Part shown: positions 16,400 to 20,000 of the stretch, one piece after another | Layout: each line of letters begins with the position of its first letter | Numbering within the stretch: the stretch's first letter is position 1 | Virus record (IMG/VR): IMGVR_UViG_3300035495_000309 | DNA length: 20,000 nucleotides | Source of the DNA: an uncultured virus (IMG/VR IMGVR_UViG_3300035495_000309) | Taxonomy: Duplodnaviria; Heunggongvirae; Uroviricota; Caudoviricetes | Strand: one strand, 5' to 3' | Notes under the pieces: generated by a model | The model's input: only the letters and a program-made list of their open reading frames with translations | Told to the model about the DNA's origin: nothing | Databases searched by the model: none | Program-made: the position numbers and the translations under genes

Positions 16400-16972
16400 A
16401 TGAGTATTATTAAAACATGGAAAACAGATGGGTGTGATATCACATTATCAGAAGGAACTGTTACGGATAAGCTTTTATCAGGATCAATAAGAGTTGATTG
16501 TTTCTTGTATCCAGAAGCTGCTGTAACTTTCGGTGAATTACCGGAATCGGATGCAGAATTCGTTCTTAAGATTTGTAAGAATCACGGATTCAAGGTAACC
16601 GATAAGAGTCGCTTTGTTAAGGTTTCAGCTATCGCTTCATATAAGGGCGTCGGCATGATGTTTGAAAATGGTTTCTACAGCTCAAATCCGAATATGTCAA
16701 GTAGCTGGATGAAGATCAATTATCTTCCGGCTGATTTGTTTTACGGAAAGGTTGAGAAAGATGTAGTTGACATGACAGTCATTGATTATCTCTTGACAGA
16801 TGAGTTGAGGGAAGCAAAGAAAACATGTGAACTGGATCTCGTTATCAAGCTTCAGTTGAAGCAGAAATCAAACAGATTCCGCAACTTTGGAAAGTTTGAA
16901 AATGTTCTTTCGGATGTTATCAAGTTATCGGAATTGAAGCAGTATCTGGATTATGGAAAGGAAGTAAAATAA
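16400..16972 (+). CDS. Hypothetical protein (start MSIIKTWK)
   Basis: AAGGAGG RBS precedes the ATG at 16400. The track's upstream start lacks an RBS. Confidence 0.75.
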   Translation: MSIIKTWKTDGCDITLSEGTVTDKLLSGSIRVDCFLYPEAAVTFGELPESDAEFVLKICKNHGFKVTDKSRFVKVSAIASYKGVGMMFENGFYSSNPNMSSSWMKINYLPADLFYGKVEKDVVDMTVIDYLLTDELREAKKTCELDLVIKLQLKQKSNRFRNFGKFENVLSDVIKLSELKQYLDYGKEVK

Positions 16973-16974
16973 TC

Positions 16975-17136
16975 ATGAGAAGAGGATTTAGAGATGTTAG
17001 GGAATTAAAGAGAGTTGAAAGAAATCTGCCAGTATTTCCGGATGAGATATTCCCAGATGAAATCGTTGACAAAGATGGGGCAGATGATCTGCCAGATGAA
17101 ATTAGTTTTGATACTTTTAATAAGGAGGAAAAATAA
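16975..17136 (+). CDS. Small acidic protein, 53 aa (MRRGFRDVRELKRVERNLPVFPDEIFPDEIVD...)
   Basis: Manual translation. Fills the gap between neighbouring genes, has an AAGGA RBS and repeated PDEI motifs. Confidence 0.6.
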   Translation: MRRGFRDVRELKRVERNLPVFPDEIFPDEIVDKDGADDLPDEISFDTFNKEEK

Positions 17137-17137
17137 T

Positions 17138-17305
17138 ATGTTTAAAGCAAAAATGGTAGAATCAATAATGGCACATATCGAGGAGCAGGAGAAAAGAGAG
17201 CGGGAACTTGAAGCTATGGAGAATATCGCAGATACACTGGTAACAGGTGTGAGTGTTGTAGCGTTTTCAGTGCTTGCAGCAATTGCAATTAAATTCGATA
17301 TTTAA
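17138..17305 (+). CDS. Small membrane-anchored protein (55 aa, start MFKAKMV)
   Basis: AAGGAGG RBS and a C-terminal hydrophobic helix. Confidence 0.7.
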   Translation: MFKAKMVESIMAHIEEQEKRERELEAMENIADTLVTGVSVVAFSVLAAIAIKFDI

Positions 17306-17330
17306 TAAAAAAGTTGGGAGGTGAAGTAGC

Positions 17331-17636
17331 ATGAGACTGTATTTAAAGACTGATAAGAAGACTCCATTTCGGAGATACTTCATGTATGCTGACACAAAGG
17401 AACTTCGTGCATCGAGATTCTTCTATGAGAGAGGAATTCATGTACGATTCATAAAGCAGTACAAAAATGAGGCAGAGCCGTACAGGATTGTAGTGTGCTC
17501 TGTCTCGACAAAAGATACCGGGAAGTTCGCTGATGCAATCCAGGAGCTTTCCAGAACAATGAACCTCATCGGATATAACGACTACGATGAATGGTGTGAT
17601 AAGACGTTTGATAAGATTAAGGAGGTAGCGTCATGA
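17331..17636 (+). CDS. Hypothetical protein
   Basis: 101 aa with GGAGGTG RBS. Confidence 0.75.
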   Translation: MRLYLKTDKKTPFRRYFMYADTKELRASRFFYERGIHVRFIKQYKNEAEPYRIVVCSVSTKDTGKFADAIQELSRTMNLIGYNDYDEWCDKTFDKIKEVAS

Positions 17637-17821
17637 AAGAAAAACACAGTACTATTTTAACAGAGGCAATTGATTGTTGTAAGAGTGTAACACCGGAGAA
17701 GTTTGGTGAGCAGGCGAAGAAGAAAGCACCGGGCTTATTGATCACAATTGCAGGGCAGTGTGCAGTGTTCACGATCAACTGTTTCAAGGACGCAGCGAAG
17801 GAGATCGCTGACGCAAAGTAA
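17633..17821 (+). CDS. Small hypothetical protein
   Basis: 62 aa with AAGGAGGT RBS and ATGA overlap with the upstream gene. Confidence 0.7.
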   Translation: MKEKHSTILTEAIDCCKSVTPEKFGEQAKKKAPGLLITIAGQCAVFTINCFKDAAKEIADAK

Positions 17822-17828
17822 GTGCGTG

Positions 17829-17874
17829 AAAAGAAGAGAGCAAGGGTGAAAATCCAAGCTCTCTTCTTTTTTTT
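17829..17874. terminator. Bidirectional terminator between convergent operons
   Basis: AAAAGAAGAGAGC/GCTCTCTTCTTTT stem with A and T tracts. Confidence 0.75.
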
Positions 17875-18466
17875 ATTTTTTCCTTGTATATTCCTCAATA
17901 ATGAAGTTCGGTCCTTCACCTTCAAGGAATGCATGTCTGCTTTGACTTATTCGTTTAAAACCATAATAGTCAATTGCATCTAGTGGAAACTTCACACATT
18001 TCTCAATATCAACACCAAGTCTTGCTGCGTCTGTTTGCACGCGAGTTAATGTGATACGATCCGTAAATGGGAAGAATTCGTTGTAAATCTTCTCACCACC
18101 AATAATACAAATGACATGGTTAAATTGATGAAGATTCTGATATGCCAGTTCAATCGCATCCATTGGATCTTTCGCGATCAAATATCCATCAGATGGTTCC
18201 AAAGTTGTAGATATCACAATATTGGTTCTCTCAGGCAAGGGTTTTCCAATGGAAAGAAAAGTATTCTTGCCCATTATCACCGGTCTTCCAGTTGTCATCT
18301 GTTTGAAATTCTTCAGATCCTCTGGAAGATGCCACGGAATTTTATTATCAATTCCAATAATTCCATCTTCTGATACTGCAGCAATCATGTTGATTGTAAC
18401 ACGACTGCGAATCTCCTGTAATGTGATGCGTTCGTTTATCGTTGTTGCCTTAATTGAATCGTCCAT
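17873..18466 (-). CDS. folA: Dihydrofolate reductase
   Basis: MIAAVSEDGIIG..NKIPWHLPEDLKNFKQMTTG.PVIMGKNTF.SIGKPLPERTNIV and IIGGEKIY motifs. Confidence 0.95.
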   Translation of the reverse strand: MDDSIKATTINERITLQEIRSRVTINMIAAVSEDGIIGIDNKIPWHLPEDLKNFKQMTTGRPVIMGKNTFLSIGKPLPERTNIVISTTLEPSDGYLIAKDPMDAIELAYQNLHQFNHVICIIGGEKIYNEFFPFTDRITLTRVQTDAARLGVDIEKCVKFPLDAIDYYGFKRISQSRHAFLEGEGPNFIIEEYTRKK

Positions 18467-18467
18467 C

Positions 18468-19448
18468 TTAAACTACTACCTCCCCGAAGTCAATATTTCC
18501 CATATGCTCGTATCCTTCAATATGACAGTTGTTAAAGTCATACTTAAAGAAACCGGTCTCTTCAGTGTCAAATACAAACTTCGGTTTTGATTCAATTGCA
18601 AGAATTCCTTTCTCAAGCAATAAATCCTTTGCAATCTTTTCATTCGGATAATCTTCAATATGAATACAATCAATGAGTCTTTGAGCACCTTCAAAGTTGT
18701 CGTCTTCCAGATACTCTAAGATCTCATAATACTTAAGCTGTAATCCAACGCCTTCCATCTGTCTGTCATAGATGTGTGCGTCTGCAATTACATGCGTAAG
18801 ATTTCCAGGCTTTACACCAAGATCTCTTGCAAACTGTAAACAGAGTATTGCATATTGAGTGGTATTAAACGGAACTCCAATAGGGAAGTCTCCACTTCTT
18901 TGATCAACAAGGACGTTTAATCTTCCACCATCTAAGTTCCAGCTTGTTGTGTGTACGCAAGGGATAAATCCCATTCTTGCAAGTTCTTGAGGATTCCAGA
19001 TAGTAGCAACTGCATGTCTACCATTTGGATTCTCACGCAGATATTCCAGAATGTATTCCGCCTGATTCTGATAAGAACGGAATGCTTCTTTTGACTTCTT
19101 TGGAAAGTCCAAATACGTGTTAACCGGGATTGCAATCTGTGCTCCATAAGCAGTTCCAATAGAACCATTCTCATCAGCCCATGCATCCCAGATGTGAGGT
19201 TTTAAGTCATGGATATTGTTGGATTGCTGTTTCCAGATCCATTCAATTTCCTGTAATGCACTTTTTCCTCTTACATTCTTTGACTTGAGGATTGGAAATT
19301 CTTCTTCCAAATCCACTGAGATTACCTGGTTAGGCAATCTTTTTGTTGATACGCCAGTACGCTCATTGACACCATCAGCATAACCATTCTGATAGATGTT
19401 TTTCAAAATCTTGATGTACTGCCTTTCGTAATTTGTTAATTTTCCCAT
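18468..19448 (-). CDS. thyA: Thymidylate synthase (ThyA type)
   Basis: RTG, EIEW, IWDAWADENG, YG, catalytic PC (IPCVH), QRSGD...GVPFN and DAHIY motifs. Confidence 0.95.
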   Translation of the reverse strand: MGKLTNYERQYIKILKNIYQNGYADGVNERTGVSTKRLPNQVISVDLEEEFPILKSKNVRGKSALQEIEWIWKQQSNNIHDLKPHIWDAWADENGSIGTAYGAQIAIPVNTYLDFPKKSKEAFRSYQNQAEYILEYLRENPNGRHAVATIWNPQELARMGFIPCVHTTSWNLDGGRLNVLVDQRSGDFPIGVPFNTTQYAILCLQFARDLGVKPGNLTHVIADAHIYDRQMEGVGLQLKYYEILEYLEDDNFEGAQRLIDCIHIEDYPNEKIAKDLLLEKGILAIESKPKFVFDTEETGFFKYDFNNCHIEGYEHMGNIDFGEVVV

Positions 19449-19517
19449 TTGTTAAAAATCCTCCTTTATGTAAATTTTGTTAAAATGGTTATCAGATAAA
19501 GTCGCTCAATTGAAGTC

Positions 19518-19709
19518 TTAGTTAAATGGTCTTCCTTGACCAAGATCCACTTTGTGATGCTGTATACGCATCTGAGTTAAAGTATCTTCTGCTTGAAGCA
19601 TTAATGCAGAAAGATTCTTATAAGTGTCTTTGTAGGCATCAGAAAATAAAGCTTTCTTAATCTCTTTTCTGATTAACTTCTTGATATACTTCTTTTCTTT
19701 CTTATTCAT
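19518..19709 (-). CDS. Small basic hypothetical protein (start MNKKEKK)
   Basis: AAAGGAG RBS before the ATG at 19709, 63 aa. Confidence 0.6.
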   Translation of the reverse strand: MNKKEKKYIKKLIRKEIKKALFSDAYKDTYKNLSALMLQAEDTLTQMRIQHHKVDLGQGRPFN

Positions 19710-19774
19710 TGAACGAAAATCTCCTTTAATAAAACTTTTATCTTTAATTGAAAGTGGGATTGACAATGATTAAC

Positions 19775-20000
<226 letters not shown>

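Noticed and set aside
16307..17137. Track start sites at 16307 and 17015
   Set aside because: Better RBS-supported ATG starts lie at 16400 and 17138.

Overview
This window looks like part of a large (probably jumbo) dsDNA phage of a Firmicute host. That is an inference from the dense hypothetical genes with strong AGGAGG Shine-Dalgarno sites, an SPP1-type holin, thyA plus DHFR, a recurring non-sigma70 upstream motif and the absence of host housekeeping genes. The key feature is at 13702-16190. A stand-alone Cas7/RAMP-like gene is followed by two non-coding, G-rich, + strand arrays (about 14620-15046 and 15393-16146) that are not CRISPR arrays. They consist of 5-nt units NN(A/T/G/C)G(T/C) interrupted by a 6-nt NNNGGT linker at intervals of 6+5n nt (mostly 26, 31 or 36). 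A 92-aa gene lies between the arrays. The locus looks like an RNA-guided system in which fixed trinucleotides bind protein and variable dinucleotides carry information (VIPR-like). Also present are four tandem paralogues, a protein-kinase-fold protein with a Zn ribbon, a minimal DNA-polymerase-palm-like protein, an HNH-like protein and an A-rich tract at the right end.
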